Of a stretch of 64,000 nucleotides of DNA, positions 39,871-52,600 are shown in pieces. Under the pieces are notes generated by a model. That model was not told the DNA's origin, made no database searches, and saw only the letters and a program-made list of their open reading frames with translations. Origin of the DNA: Octopus bimaculoides. Its lineage: Eukaryota. The DNA lies in contig NC_068989.1 in the NCBI RefSeq assembly GCF_001194135.2, positions 96,619,311-96,683,310 on the forward strand, in the 5' to 3' direction. Both the position numbers and the translations under genes were made by a program. Numbering within the stretch: position 1 is the stretch's first letter; the number at the start of each line of letters is the position of its first letter.

Positions 39871-40277
39871 ATATTTTCCCTTGATTTGGCATACTTTCAC
39901 AGAAGGCTGGAAATAAACGGAGCACTCTTTAAAACAATCATGTAATGTGAAAGCAAGGAGTCCATAACACACACACATCATTGTGTCACTGTACTGGCCA
40001 ACTTGTCAGATGTTATTACACACCAATGGTCTCACTGTGAGAAAGCACATTGTTTTAGCTGATGAATGGAATGCTGGTCTATTGCAGGGCTACCCATTTA
40101 CGGTCGAGTGAATAGGAGCAATGTAGAATGAAGTGTCTTGCACAAGAGCATAGCACATCTCTGGTCTGGAAACCAAAACCACAATCTTGGAATTATGAGT
40201 GCGACACTCTAACCACCAGGTCAGATGCTTTTACACACATATACACACCCACAAATATGTATGGATGTATGTATGTG

Positions 40278-40308
<31 letters not shown>

Positions 40309-42280
40309 CAGACAGATAGTGAGAAACAGAAAGCCCATTGTATCACCATCATCATTCAACATCCATTTTCCATACTGATGTGGGTTGGACACTTTGACAG
40401 GAGCTGATAAGGCCAGGAGCCCCAGCAGGTTCCATTGTCTGTTTTGGCATGGTTACTATAGCTGGTTGCCCTTCCTAACACCAACTACTTTACAGAGAGC
40501 ACTGGGGACTTTTTTACATGGCACCAGGACTGGTAAGTCATGCTTGCCCTTGGTGCCATGCAGAGGGACTGAACCTGAAACGATGTGGTTGGAAAGCAAA
40601 CCTCTTACCACATAACCACACCTATTTCACTCAATTCTAGGCACATCTTTAAATTTGCAAGCATATCTTCTCGCTGCTTTTAATATAAAAGCCTGTAGGG
40701 GAAGGATGGTCGAGTGAATTAGACGTTGAGCAACTTGCTCTTATGCCTTGGACTTCAAATTTTGCTGTCAGCATTTCGTTGCTTTGGACAAGGCCTTTTA
40801 TTCTTCCTTTTCGCAGTCCACCAAGATGACCATTAAAGGCAGCAAAGCTCTTTGGAATATTACCTGTAATTAACAGGTGTACCAATGTCCATCTAATTTG
40901 CTTAATGTCATGAAACCAGAGTTAATCACCAGTCTTCAAAGTCTCTTATTTTTCTTTCCTGACATTTCCCTCTCTTTCTGGGAAATGTCATTATGATTAA
41001 CAGTGATCTGAAGCCCCCCCCTCCACCGCTTTTTTGTCACAAAAAAGACTGATGACAAGCAGCAGAATTTTATCTTGCAATGCAAAGAACTACAAATATT
41101 TCAAGGCATCTTATCCAATGTTCTAAGAATTCTGCCAATCCACAACCCTGTATTGATACTTATGAAGCCCTGAAAAAATAAAAAGCAAATTTAATCTTGG
41201 TTTAATTTGAACTTAGAACACAGAAAACTGCAGCAAATACTGCTGAGTATTCTGTCTTTAATATTCTGATAACTTATATCAATAACCAGCTTCATACAAG
41301 ACATTTACTTGATAGGGAGATGGATTATAAAAAAAGGGTCAAATTTTTTGGGGGGGTTTTCTGTTCAGAGGGCACATTAATATAGTTGCATCTTTTAATT
41401 TCAGCAAATTTTCTTATTCATTTACCTTCATCTATTTATGTTAAATAATTTTGCTTGTGCCATTCCGTCCATCCTGTTATCAAAACTTCAGTAAAAAGAT
41501 CTAGTTAAAAGGAACTGATGCAGATGTTTAAAATTTGTAGTAATTCTACCGTCACAATCAGAAAAACATCATCACTTATAAAAAATGCTGAAAAGATTTT
41601 TTTTTTAAAGAAGAAAGCAATACCCTTGGCGCTTTGTGTTTTAAACAGAATAATTCTTTATCGTTGCTGTCTAACTATCTGAGATAGAAAAAAATTCTTC
41701 CATGATTTACTGAGTAATATTTTATTGAATTTCAAATGTAGCCACAGCCTTTTCCAATAGACAAGAAAAAGAAGCAAAGAGTAGTTATTAGGAGATGTTA
41801 GAAACATGTGAATTGTATTACCTTGGTCTATTGTCCATATCAATCACTGACACTTTACTAACAGATTCAGGTTGAAAATATTGCTGTGTAATGTCAGCAA
41901 TCGTTGACAGATGCCATAATACATGTCTGTTGGGGAGACTGCAGGAACTGGGAAATTTTACTGAAAAGTAGACATTTGATTACAGAAACATCTGAAGAAT
42001 GAAGAACTCTTGGAATGGTTTGTTTTCTCCTCCTTTTCTCTTCATTTAAAAAAAAAATCCACATTATGTACTACTAGCAATTGAATAATAGAAATGAAAC
42101 CATCTGCAGCCATGCCATAGTTCTGGTTATAATCGTTATAAATTGCTAAGCTAATCAGCAGACGAAATATCATCATCTGGCAACAAAAACAATTACCATT
42201 CTCTGAAAGGAAATTAAACCACTAACTTTGAAAAAGCACCAACACTACTGTCTCTTCTCTCACTCAACTACAACAGTTTC

Positions 42281-42285
<5 letters not shown>

Positions 42286-42366
<81 letters not shown>
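42286..42366. repeat. (CT)n microsatellite
   Basis: Direct inspection. Confidence 0.98.
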
Positions 42367-42370
<4 letters not shown>

Positions 42371-42374
42371 GTTT

Positions 42375-43250
42375 TAGTAAGTAGGAAGGCAGACAAATCA
42401 CAAATCCCTTCAGGTAGATGACCCTGCTCAATCTGTAGGAAAGGCATAGGTAGAAACTCCATAAGATGTACCCGGTGTAAGCTTTGGACACATAAAAGGT
42501 GCAGCAATATCAGAGGATGGTTACTTGGAAAAATAGCTTTGAATACCCGTCAGAGTGTAAGTATCTTGAGAGAAAAGCTGAACATTAGAAGCATCAGTTG
42601 TGGTGTGCAAGAGAGACGATTGCGCTGGTATGGACATGTGGTGAGAATGGATGAGGATAGCTGCGTGAAAAAGTGCCACACCCTAACAGTTGAGGGAACC
42701 CGTGAAAGCGGTAGGCCCAGGAAGACCTGGGCTGAGGTGGTGAGGCAAGACCTTCGTACATTGGGCCTCACCGAGGCGATGACTACTGACCGAGACCTTT
42801 GGAAATGTGCTGTGCGTGAGAAGACCCGGCAAGCCAAGTAAGATCGTTGCCAGTGCCCCTGGACTGGCTTGTGCGGGNNNNNNNNNNNNNNNNNNNNNNN
42901 NNNNNNNNNNNNNNNNNNNNNNNNNNNNNNNNNNNNNNNNNNNNNNNNNNNNNNNNNNNNNNNNNNNNNNNNNNNNNNNNNNNNNNNNNNNNNNNNNNNN
43001 NNNNNNNNNNNNNGGGTGGCACATAAAAGACACCATTTCGAGCGTGGCCGTTTTCGTGCGGGTGACACGTAAAAGCACCCACTACACTCTCTGAGTGGTT
43101 GGCGTTAGGAAGGGCATCCAGCTGTAGAAACTCTGCCAAATTAGACTGGAGCCTGGTGTTGCCATCCGGTTTCACCAGTCCTCAGTCAAATCGTCCAACC
43201 CATGCTAGCATGGAAAGCGGACGTTAAACGATGATGATGATGATGATGAT
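42375..43250 (+). mobile_element. Young 5'-truncated RTE-LINE containing an N gap
   Basis: ORF 42539-42841 VQERRLRWYGHVVRMDEDSCVKKC..RPRKTWAEVVRQDL..REKTRQAK*, then 3' UTR and (GAT)n. Confidence 0.9.
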
Positions 43251-43284
43251 GTGTGGATGGTGCACAGGTATAATAAACATCAAA

Positions 43285-44362
43285 ACTATACAGAAAATAG
43301 ACTCCATCAACTGCCAGGGGTATAAACTAGAGGTAGTAGATAGCTTCTGTTACCTAGGTGACCAAGTTATTAGCAGAGGTGGATGCTCTGAGAGTATAGC
43401 TGCCAGAATAAGAATAGGCTAGGCAAAGTTCAGAGAGCTCCTACCCCTGCTGGCAACAAAGGGCCTCTCTCGCAGAGTAAAAGGCAGATTGTATGATGCC
43501 TGTGTGTGAACAGTTATGCTACACAACAGTGAAACATGGGCTGTGACAACCGAAGACATGTGTAGAGTTGAAAGAAATGAAGCTTGTATGCTTTGCTGGA
43601 TGTGCAATGTCAGTGTGCATGTTTGACAAAGTATAAGCGTCTTGGGAGAAAAGTTGTGCATAAGAGGCATCAGATGAGATGTGCAAGAGAGATGACTACA
43701 CTAGTATGGTCATGTGATGCATATGGACAAGGACAGCTGTGTAAATAAGTGCCAATGTCTAACTGTGGAGGGAACATGTGGTAGAGGTAGACCCAGGAAG
43801 ACAGAGGATGAGGTGGTGAAGCATGATCTTTGAACTTTTGGCCTCACAGAGGCAATGAATAGTGATCAAGACCATTGGTGATATGCTGTGCTTGAGAAGA
43901 CCGATCAAGCCAAGTGAAACCGTAGTCGTGGTTGATGCTGGTGTCATGGAACTAGCACTCATGTTGGTAGCCCGTAAAAAGCACCTTTCAAGCATTGGGC
44001 CTCACGGAGGCAAGGTGGCCAATGACAGTGGTACATAAAAAAACACCTTTCAAGTGTGTTGGGCCTCACAGAGATAATGACAAATGATCAAGACCTTCGC
44101 CATTATGCTGTGCTTGAGAAGATCCATCAAGCCAAGTGAAATTGTAGTCATGGCAGATACTGGTGTCATTTGAATGGCACCTGTGCCAGTGACATGTAAA
44201 AAGTACCCATTACACTGTCAGAATTATAGGTGTTAGGAAGGGCATCCAGCCATAGAAACCACAACAAATCAGACTAGAGTCTGGTACAGCCTTCCAGTTT
44301 GCCAGCCCTGGTCAAACTGTCCAATATATGCCAGCATGGACAACAGATGTTAAATGATGATA
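43285..44362 (+). mobile_element. Older 5'-truncated RTE-LINE
   Basis: YKLEVVDSFCYLGDQVISRGGCSESIAARIRIG.. continuing to the tail ..gatgttaaatgatgat. Confidence 0.85.
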
Positions 44363-46933
44363 TATATATGCACATATATTACCTTTTCTATCTTCTGTCT
44401 TCCTTCTCTTATTTTCTACATCAAAGATTATGTAGTTATCTCTCTGTCTCTCCTTTCTCAACCTTGCTCCTTCCACCTCCTCCTCTCACTTGTCTCACTT
44501 GATATAAAATCCTTCAGACACCACATATATTTATCTCTCTCTCTCTCTTTCTCTCCCTCTCTCAAGAGAGAGAGAGAGAGAGAGAAGTTCTACCTTAGTG
44601 CCATAAAATTTAATCCACATTTATTTGAAATTACCTGAAAATTAACCCTTTTGCCTAAGATTCTACTACAGGAATGTAGAACCAATGAGAGACTTCTACA
44701 TAGTCACATGACTTACTCAATACATGTGGCTAATATTCTTCCCTAGGTTCTGCTGTAGAAATGTGAAGCCAACACATTCACTGCATTCTTAGTAGACTTC
44801 CACTCATTTCTTTCACTATAAGCCTTGGATTGATCCAAGTCTTGTGAATAAAATTGGGTCAACAGAAACAGTGAGGAAGCACATCAAGTAGAGTGTACTT
44901 GTGAGTTGAAAGGGTTATGTTACTCTGTGTCACAATGATTTTCCCCAAGAAATTTCATAAGGTACACATGCCTATGGAATACTCAGCCACTTCCAATCAA
45001 CTTCAATGAGAAGATCATTCCATTGATCAAACATTTAGACTGAGGTAACAATGATGGACTCCCTAATGTCAAATGGACTGATGCACCAATTGTTGCAACG
45101 TTTTTGTTACAACCCATGCCAGCATTGAAAACAGACATTAAAAGAGGAGGATCTTGTAGAAATTTGGTTAAATTTCTGCTTTGTACGAGGCCTAAGCTAT
45201 ATCATAGATGTCATTTGTATTCACCCTTGTTAGCAGCTTTGTTGGAGATCAACAGTGAATTGGGGGAGCATCATAAAATCCAACGTTCATTGAGAACTCC
45301 AAGAGATCCGTTTCCAAAATTACAAGAGACCTGCTAACACAGACTGTCATGAAGTTGAATTCATTCATCCAGAATAAATTGTGTCAGACTTGTTCGAATT
45401 AGTTACTTATTACGCAAGACAGAACCATTCAAACTCTTGCTTGCATTTAGTTGCCAGACACTTTTCTGGTGTGTAATCTCAAGATATATAATTGAAGAGT
45501 ACAGCAATTACTTATGTTTCAACACTGTCCAGGATTTTTTCTTTTCCTTTTCTTTACTTTTCCTGTATTTGTATTTATTTGTTTCTCCTTCTTTCTTTTC
45601 TTCTTTCCTGTCAAGTAATGTAGGAACAGGCTATTTATTGCCTCAAAATATCATAGATGAAAAATAAAAAAATAAAAGAGAAGTAAAAAAGTAAAGAATC
45701 TGTTGATTCTTTATGTTAAATGCTTAATTGTTAAAAAAAAACAACCAGAAATAAAAATGAGCTTTAAAAAATGCAAATATTCCTGAAAAAATAGTAACCT
45801 TTCATTTCGTGACATGAAATTCTCATGTTTTATTTTATCTCCCTGCAATTTCAATGAGGAAGGCAGAATCTCTCCTGTCAGTCTTCTTTTACAATATCTT
45901 CATCATTTTTCTGTACTAACAAAATATAAAATTGTTCTATATTATAGATAAGTTGTACCATATCACAAAGTTTGCATGACATCATCACAGAGTGTAGACT
46001 GTCTCTAGTCATCTACATTCAAAGTGCTTTATTGAATTATCAACACTCCAGAATTTCAATGCTAAAACTTAGTATTTGAGAAAAAGGTAGATGTGAACAG
46101 AAAACAAAAGACTAGCATGGCACCTTCCAAGATGACCCACTTGCCAATATCATTTGACAAAAAGCCCAAAATATTGCAGATTACTGTAAGTGATGGTGAA
46201 ATCTTCATGCTTACTGAACCTAATCATGCAAGAACTAATATAATAGTGTGAAAGTCTTAGAGTGTTCAGTTAACACATTGGAAAAGTGATGCTATCCAAA
46301 GGAATACAGCACAACTCTCTGGGATGCTTCTGCTGCAGACATCCAAGACTATTTCCAAAAATTAGAAAGACATCCAATCGGTCAACGTGATGCCCATTGC
46401 CAATACATTCCTACCATTGGCCTCCTCCCCACAACTATCAATTACCAGTTGATCTAGAGAAATATCAGTTGTGTCTCGCTAGTCTTGGTGAACTTGTGAG
46501 GGCCAGGGGCAGAAACTCCTCCAACAGATTGAACCGTTAAAAAAGAAAAAGATAAGATACAAACTGAAGAATTAATATTTTAATAATTACTGTTGGGTTG
46601 TCTGCCTGATACCCTGGGTAGAAATGAATTGCACCAAACTCTATCTCGTTTACATTATAATTGATGAGGAGCTTGGTACAGCCGCTGGCTCTCCAGACCT
46701 CAGTCAAACTGTCCAACCCATGCCAGCATGGAAAACGGACGTTAAACTATGATGCGGTATAAACAGTGTGGTTAAGAAGTAGGTTTCCCAAGGGCATGGT
46801 TTTAGGTTCAGTCTCACAGCACAGCACCTTGGGCAAATGTCTTTAGCTTAGATCTGGTCCAACTGAAATCTTGTCGGTGGATATGGTCGATGGCAACAGA
46901 AAGAATTTCATTGTGTGTATACATAATTTACAC

Positions 46934-46964
<31 letters not shown>

Positions 46965-48965
46965 AGTTTTAGGGAAACTATATATATATATTTGTATATA
47001 TGTATATGCATACATATATGTATGTATGTAAGTGTGTGTATATAATGAACTTGTGTGTGTTTATTTACAATTCCTCTACTTTGAAAATCAATGGTTACAA
47101 GCGTTGACATTATTGACATTTTCTTTGTTAACAAATCATTTGCCGGCTGAGCACTTTAGATGTGAGGAACATAAAATCACTTACTTGAAAAACAAGCAAG
47201 AGTCAGTGAAAGGAAAGGCATCCATCTATAAAACAATGCCCCAGTATTATATTTGTCTAACTTGTGCTACCATGGAAAAATTGTTAATGTTTGGCGAGTT
47301 GAAAGAGAGAGGAGATTGAACCCTTATGAGTTGCCTTCAGGATGGGAAACCTTACCAGGCATAACCTTCACTGTATTCATATTCTCTAGCAATGAAGAAT
47401 TTATCGTTTGTCTGTCTTCTCCAAACACTGCAATACATCACTGCAAGCAAGAACACTTATATGTTAATGGTGCAGTTCACCTGAACAGTAATTAAACAAT
47501 GTAGAGCAGTAGAGATTCAAACTACATCATTGATAAGTGTTTTGTTAGTTTACAGGTGTAGACGAATGGTTAAGAAATTCTATAGGTAGTCATAAGACTG
47601 CAAACACAATTTTAATGCAAAGCAACTAGCACAAATGTCTTTTACTTTAGCCTGGAGTCCACCCAAACTTTACAAGTGAATTGGGCAAATGGAAACTGTT
47701 TGAAAGTCTGCTGCATACAATCATCATCATCATCATCATCGTACTTGTTATTTCAGTAGTTTCTGTTTCTTCAAGCTGGATGCTGGATGCCACCTTTTAT
47801 CTCTCTTCCTTTGGTCAAATATATTTTTTCCATCCCCACCTTCATCCCTAACTTCATTAATTACTGCATTATTTACTTCACCTATCCCTTCTTACCCAGA
47901 ACATCATCTCTTTGGAATTCCTGTACTGCCCATACTGTGTGTGTTTTGGGTGGGTAGTGCAGGGTGTTCCCCTGCAACCATCAACTGAATCAACTTCAGC
48001 AATGCCAGTAAGTCTTGTCACAATGTGTCGGACTGATTTTCCTGGAGAATTCCGTTAATGGTACACATATCCATCAAATATCCAATCACAAACATTCTAG
48101 TTTAATAAGAACACTCCGTTCATGAAAACATTTGGAACAGTCATATTCAGAAACCAATGAAGACCTATCAGATGTTTTGCAGCACTGAGCCAAGAATATT
48201 TCATTCATCTCAGACCAAAGATAATGCCTGAAATATCAGTATCCTCTTCTTTTCACAACATACTAACTTATTCAGTTCACAAACAACATGGCCCCACATA
48301 GGGACCCCAATAAACTACTTTGCCCTAACATACACCATACAACCACAGCAATGTTGTGGAGTGTCCTGACAATCCATTACGACCAAAGTCTATGGTACCA
48401 TATTGATTCTGTTTAGAGCAGCTCAACATTTTTGGTCAGTGGGGATATTAAACATGACTTCTAACTTAATATAATCTTGTTCTGTACACATTTCCATTAT
48501 TCATGACCATGCCAAATTGTCATTATATTCCTCACACATACACAGCATGAATATTAACTTTCTAATCAGCTGTCGTACTTTCTTACATACATTTCATCCT
48601 TCACGCACTCATTGATTTTTCAGACTGGTTAAAGGACTGGCTGCTTACTGACTTAAGTATCAATCTATTTATTTCATTGATCACAAAATTCCATAGGGAC
48701 TAGCATGTAATTGAAGGTAGCTTTCTGCAATAAAAGCCTGATATAGTTATTCCCCTTGCAGCTGGGTAAACTAAAGTAACACATGATTGAATGTCCTTCC
48801 CAGAACATTCCATCATATGTCACAACATAACACTTGCAATGGATGTAAATTCCTGGAGCAAGAGTTTTATAGTCTAAAAGTTTACTCATTCAGCTATTTT
48901 GCTTTTAACTACTGATTTAGAGAAGATGCATGATTGAGTAGTTAGGTAACTGGACTCTCAGACAA

Positions 48966-49191
48966 GGCGGCGAGCTGGCAGAAACGTTAGCATGTCGGGC
49001 GAAATGCTTAGCGATATTTCGTCAGCCGTTACGTTCAAATTCCGCCAAGGTCGACTTTGCCTTTCATCCTTTCGGGGTCGATTAAATAAGTACCAGTTAC
49101 GCACTGGAGTCGATATAATCGACTTAATCTGTTTGTATGTCTTTGTTTGTCCCCTCTGTGTGTAGCCCCTTGAGGGCAGTAAAGAAATAAG
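48966..49191 (+). mobile_element. Full-length tRNA-like SINE, family B
   Basis: ggcggcgagctggcagaaacgttag (A-box-like), gttcaaattcc (B-box-like), A-rich tail aaagaaataag. CpGs are retained. Confidence 0.85.
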
Positions 49192-50559
49192 ACATAATGT
49201 TGTCAGTTCAATTCCCTGTTTAGGGGTGTTGTATTGTCTGTAGGCAGGGCACTTAACTGCATGTTTTGTGCCTGTCTCCTCAACTGGAAAGACCCAGAAT
49301 GAAAAGAGAATGCCCTGTTGACATCAAGTTAGCATGGCAGCATTAATGAATTGGTGATATAGCCCAAAACCTTCAGGCCCAAAGAGAGATACGTCCAGCA
49401 GTGAACTGCCATATCCAATCGTTACCATTTTTTCTTTTACTGATTTTACTCTCATTAATTGAACAAGATGGAAATCTTCTTTTTTTTTTTTACTTTTTTT
49501 GATGAGAAACATTAATTTACATAGCATTATTTTTATAGGAAGCTGACAGAATCATTAGAACATTGGCCAAAATGCTTAGCAGCTCTTTACGTTGTGAATC
49601 CAATTCCTTCCAAAGTCAACTTCCTCTTTCATTCTTTTGGGGTTGATTAAATAAAGAATCAGGCAAGGACTGCTGTTGATGCAATTGACTTACTCCTTCC
49701 CCTCAAAACTGCTGGCCTTGTTTCAAAGTTTGAAACCATTATAACTAGTAAAAATTAGTTAACAATTTTAGCATTGATTAGGTTTCATTAGGAAGAGAAT
49801 GCAGCTGAAAAACACTTGCCACAATAATTCATGTATGTCACCATTGTGATTGGCATGTCTGTGTCCACTTTTTCCATGCTAGCATGGGTTTGGCAAAACT
49901 TCTTGAGGCAATATTCTACCACTAGACACTCTACTGATTCCAGCCCCCCTCAGTTGTCTTCAAGTGAGGTACTTTATTCCATATTTTTATATGATTGACT
50001 TGCCAAGTTACCACACATATTGTTTATGTTAGACATAATGAATGTCACAATTGCTCAAATGGCACCATTTTCCTCTGCAGACATGCAGAGGTAAACAGAC
50101 ACATACATGCACACTCACACGTGTGTATATATATCCCTGTATAGAAGGATTGTATATACAATTTACTCAGTGAGTTTCCATGCAGTTACTATTTACCAAA
50201 TTCTCATCATAGGGCATTGGTCAACTCAAAGTTGTAGAAGAAGACAGTTACCCAAAAAGCCATACAATTGGGTCAAGCCTAAAACCATTTGGTTGCAAAG
50301 AAAGATTTTTAACCATATAACCATCTCTTCACCTTTTAAATTTGAAAAGCTATCCAAACAATGTTGGTTTCAAAAACTCATGTAGCAATTATATTCAGTC
50401 TTTTCACTTCATTTCATTTCTCTATTCATCATCCTTGGTTACATCATTAATTAATTGGGTATCATTCAGAGGTAGGTTTAATAGCATAACTACAGATTCC
50501 TGCTCCACCCGACTTTGGATGATCATAACTTTCAGAAAATTGGATACGTTTTAATGAAA

Positions 50560-52600
50560 TTTTCTACGAATATGTGTTATATCATGTAGATTCCGAATAT
50601 ATAAAACTTATGGGGGAATGTGTTTTAGAAGGGGCTGGAGTGGGGGATTTCGGAAAATTCACCGGCGTTCACTTCAATCTGTCTTAACTTTCAAGAAAAT
50701 AGATATTTTTTAATGACATTTTCAATAAATATACCTCGGACTAGGTAGATTCCGAGAACATAGGAATTTGAGGGGAAAACAATTGGGTGTTACTTTTGAG
50801 GAACGTTCCCCACTTGGGGGTGTTTCGGAACAAGTCATCAATATTTGTGTCATTTTCTCCGTTTCGTGCATTTGTGCATCCGTAGATTTCGACTGAAGCA
50901 GCAGCAATGAAAACTCATTATGCTAAAAATAGCAGCTAAAGGTCTAAACATTTCTAACAGAAACACATTGAATTGAATAATTCCCCGTTTGAACTTTTTT
51001 AATTACATGTGTGTGGACACTGGGAATAAGCATGCCATCCCTGTGTGCTTTTTTTCTTCCTCTGTTTTGACAGGGGTTTTTCTAATTTTATTTTTCACTC
51101 AGCCCTTCCAGATGATGTGGTGGTCGTGGGCGACTTTCTATGAATAATATTTTTTTCTTTTTTGAAAATTTATGATTTTTTTCCTTTTTCACCTCAGCCC
51201 CACGCACTTAAAAACCACGAGAGAAGCTTTTTTCGCTACTCCTTTATATCACACCTTTTCTTGTGAAAATATAAATTTTGCTTTTTGTTTGTTTTTTTAA
51301 CCGTAAAAAACTTCTCTCATCGTTTTTAAGGGATTACTACAGGAAAAGAAAAGAAAAAAATGGCCGAAATCTGTCTGGATGGGGGTTTTAAAGAGGTGAG
51401 AAAAAAGTTAGACGGTGGTGAAAAAGAAATTAGAAAAATCCCCGTCAAAACAGAGATTTCTGATGGGAAACTCTGCTGAAATTAGTCATTTACTCATTGC
51501 AAAAGAGAAAAAGGATAATAATTGTTAAACAGCAAAACATTTGAAGATATTTTTGATTTGTAACTTCAATAGAGTCGGAGTTGAGGATAAAATGTCTTGA
51601 AAGACAAATACACTCGTTATAACGACGGAAAATATAAGACAGAAGAAAGAAAGAAAGAGTTTCGATTTAATGAAAACCATTTGAAGATATTATGCATTGA
51701 TAACTAAAGTTTTGGCTGCCTCAGAGAAATCATGAAGTTTACAAGTGCCAGAATATATTTGTCATCCAAAGTCGAGTGGGGCAGGAATCTGTAGTTATGC
51801 CGGTGTAATCATTATTTACACCATGATCCGACAATGAAGTTTTTGCATTTTTTTACGGCCGGTTTCTTTAGTGTTTGTGTAAGACTACTTTTATATGTTT
51901 CCTATTTGGAAATAGATAATAAATATATTTTACTTTCGAAGTAGGAATATATATTGATAAACCCGTCACTTATAACTTACTTATAAGTGTTATCATTATA
52001 CATAAATCCGGACTCCAGCTACATAAACACCATAGCCAGAAATATATACTCCGAAATGCTAACGGACATTTTATGCGTGCATGTATGTTGAAGATAAATG
52101 AATTCGTGTTCTTTTAACCGCTATAAAAAAAAATACAGAGTTTCATAATTGCAGAAATAAATTTCATTAACAAGTTGAAGAATGTGAAGAAAGAGAAAAT
52201 AATTACTACATTAGTTTATTTATGTACCTTTAGCATTTATGTCATTTTGTCGTAGACAATTACGACTTAAAATTTACACTCAGCTAATCCTTCATACTAA
52301 CTACTAGAGTTCACAATTCAAATAAGTCTTGTTGGATTCTTATCATAGACATGGCATTAAAAAAATAGCCAATATCTCAACTAGTGAATGTCGTGGAGTT
52401 TAGTAACAATCCTACGAACACTATCGTGAGTGTCGAGGAGTTTAATAACCATTGACGAAAGTTTAGAATTCGGATACGGGCAGTAATTTTAACCAAAGGG
52501 ATTACCAAGAATTATGCTTGCTCAGGCAGACGACCATTACGTCATATTGTCGCCTTTTATGACTTGCTACACATTCAAGAAGACTGATGGAGATATGAAG
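50560..52600. promoter_or_regulatory. CpG-retaining, repeat-poor region; putative promoter/5' gene end
   Basis: By eye, CpG dinucleotides are frequent here despite the high AT content, whereas unique sequence elsewhere is CpG-depleted. No microsatellite or SINE clutter, and splice-site-like signals on both strands. Confidence 0.5.
50735..50892 (-). other. Candidate exon of an unidentified minus-strand transcript
   Basis: ttttcattgctgctgcttcag acceptor and CCGAG|gtatat donor. An open frame MHETEKMTQILMTCSETPPSGERSSKVTPNCFPLKFLCSRNLPSP(R) ends in phase 2. No homology recognised. Confidence 0.3.

Noticed and set aside
46100-46480. Unique, moderately GC-rich segment with short open frames
   Set aside because: Stops in all frames and no recognisable homology to PSMA6, THUMPD3 or any TE.
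47900-48650. Possible very old LINE remnant
   Set aside because: Only vague motif resemblance, which cannot be supported by eye.
48966-49040. tRNA-like A/B boxes
   Set aside because: SINE head with no cloverleaf or anticodon arm, followed by a SINE body found elsewhere in the window.
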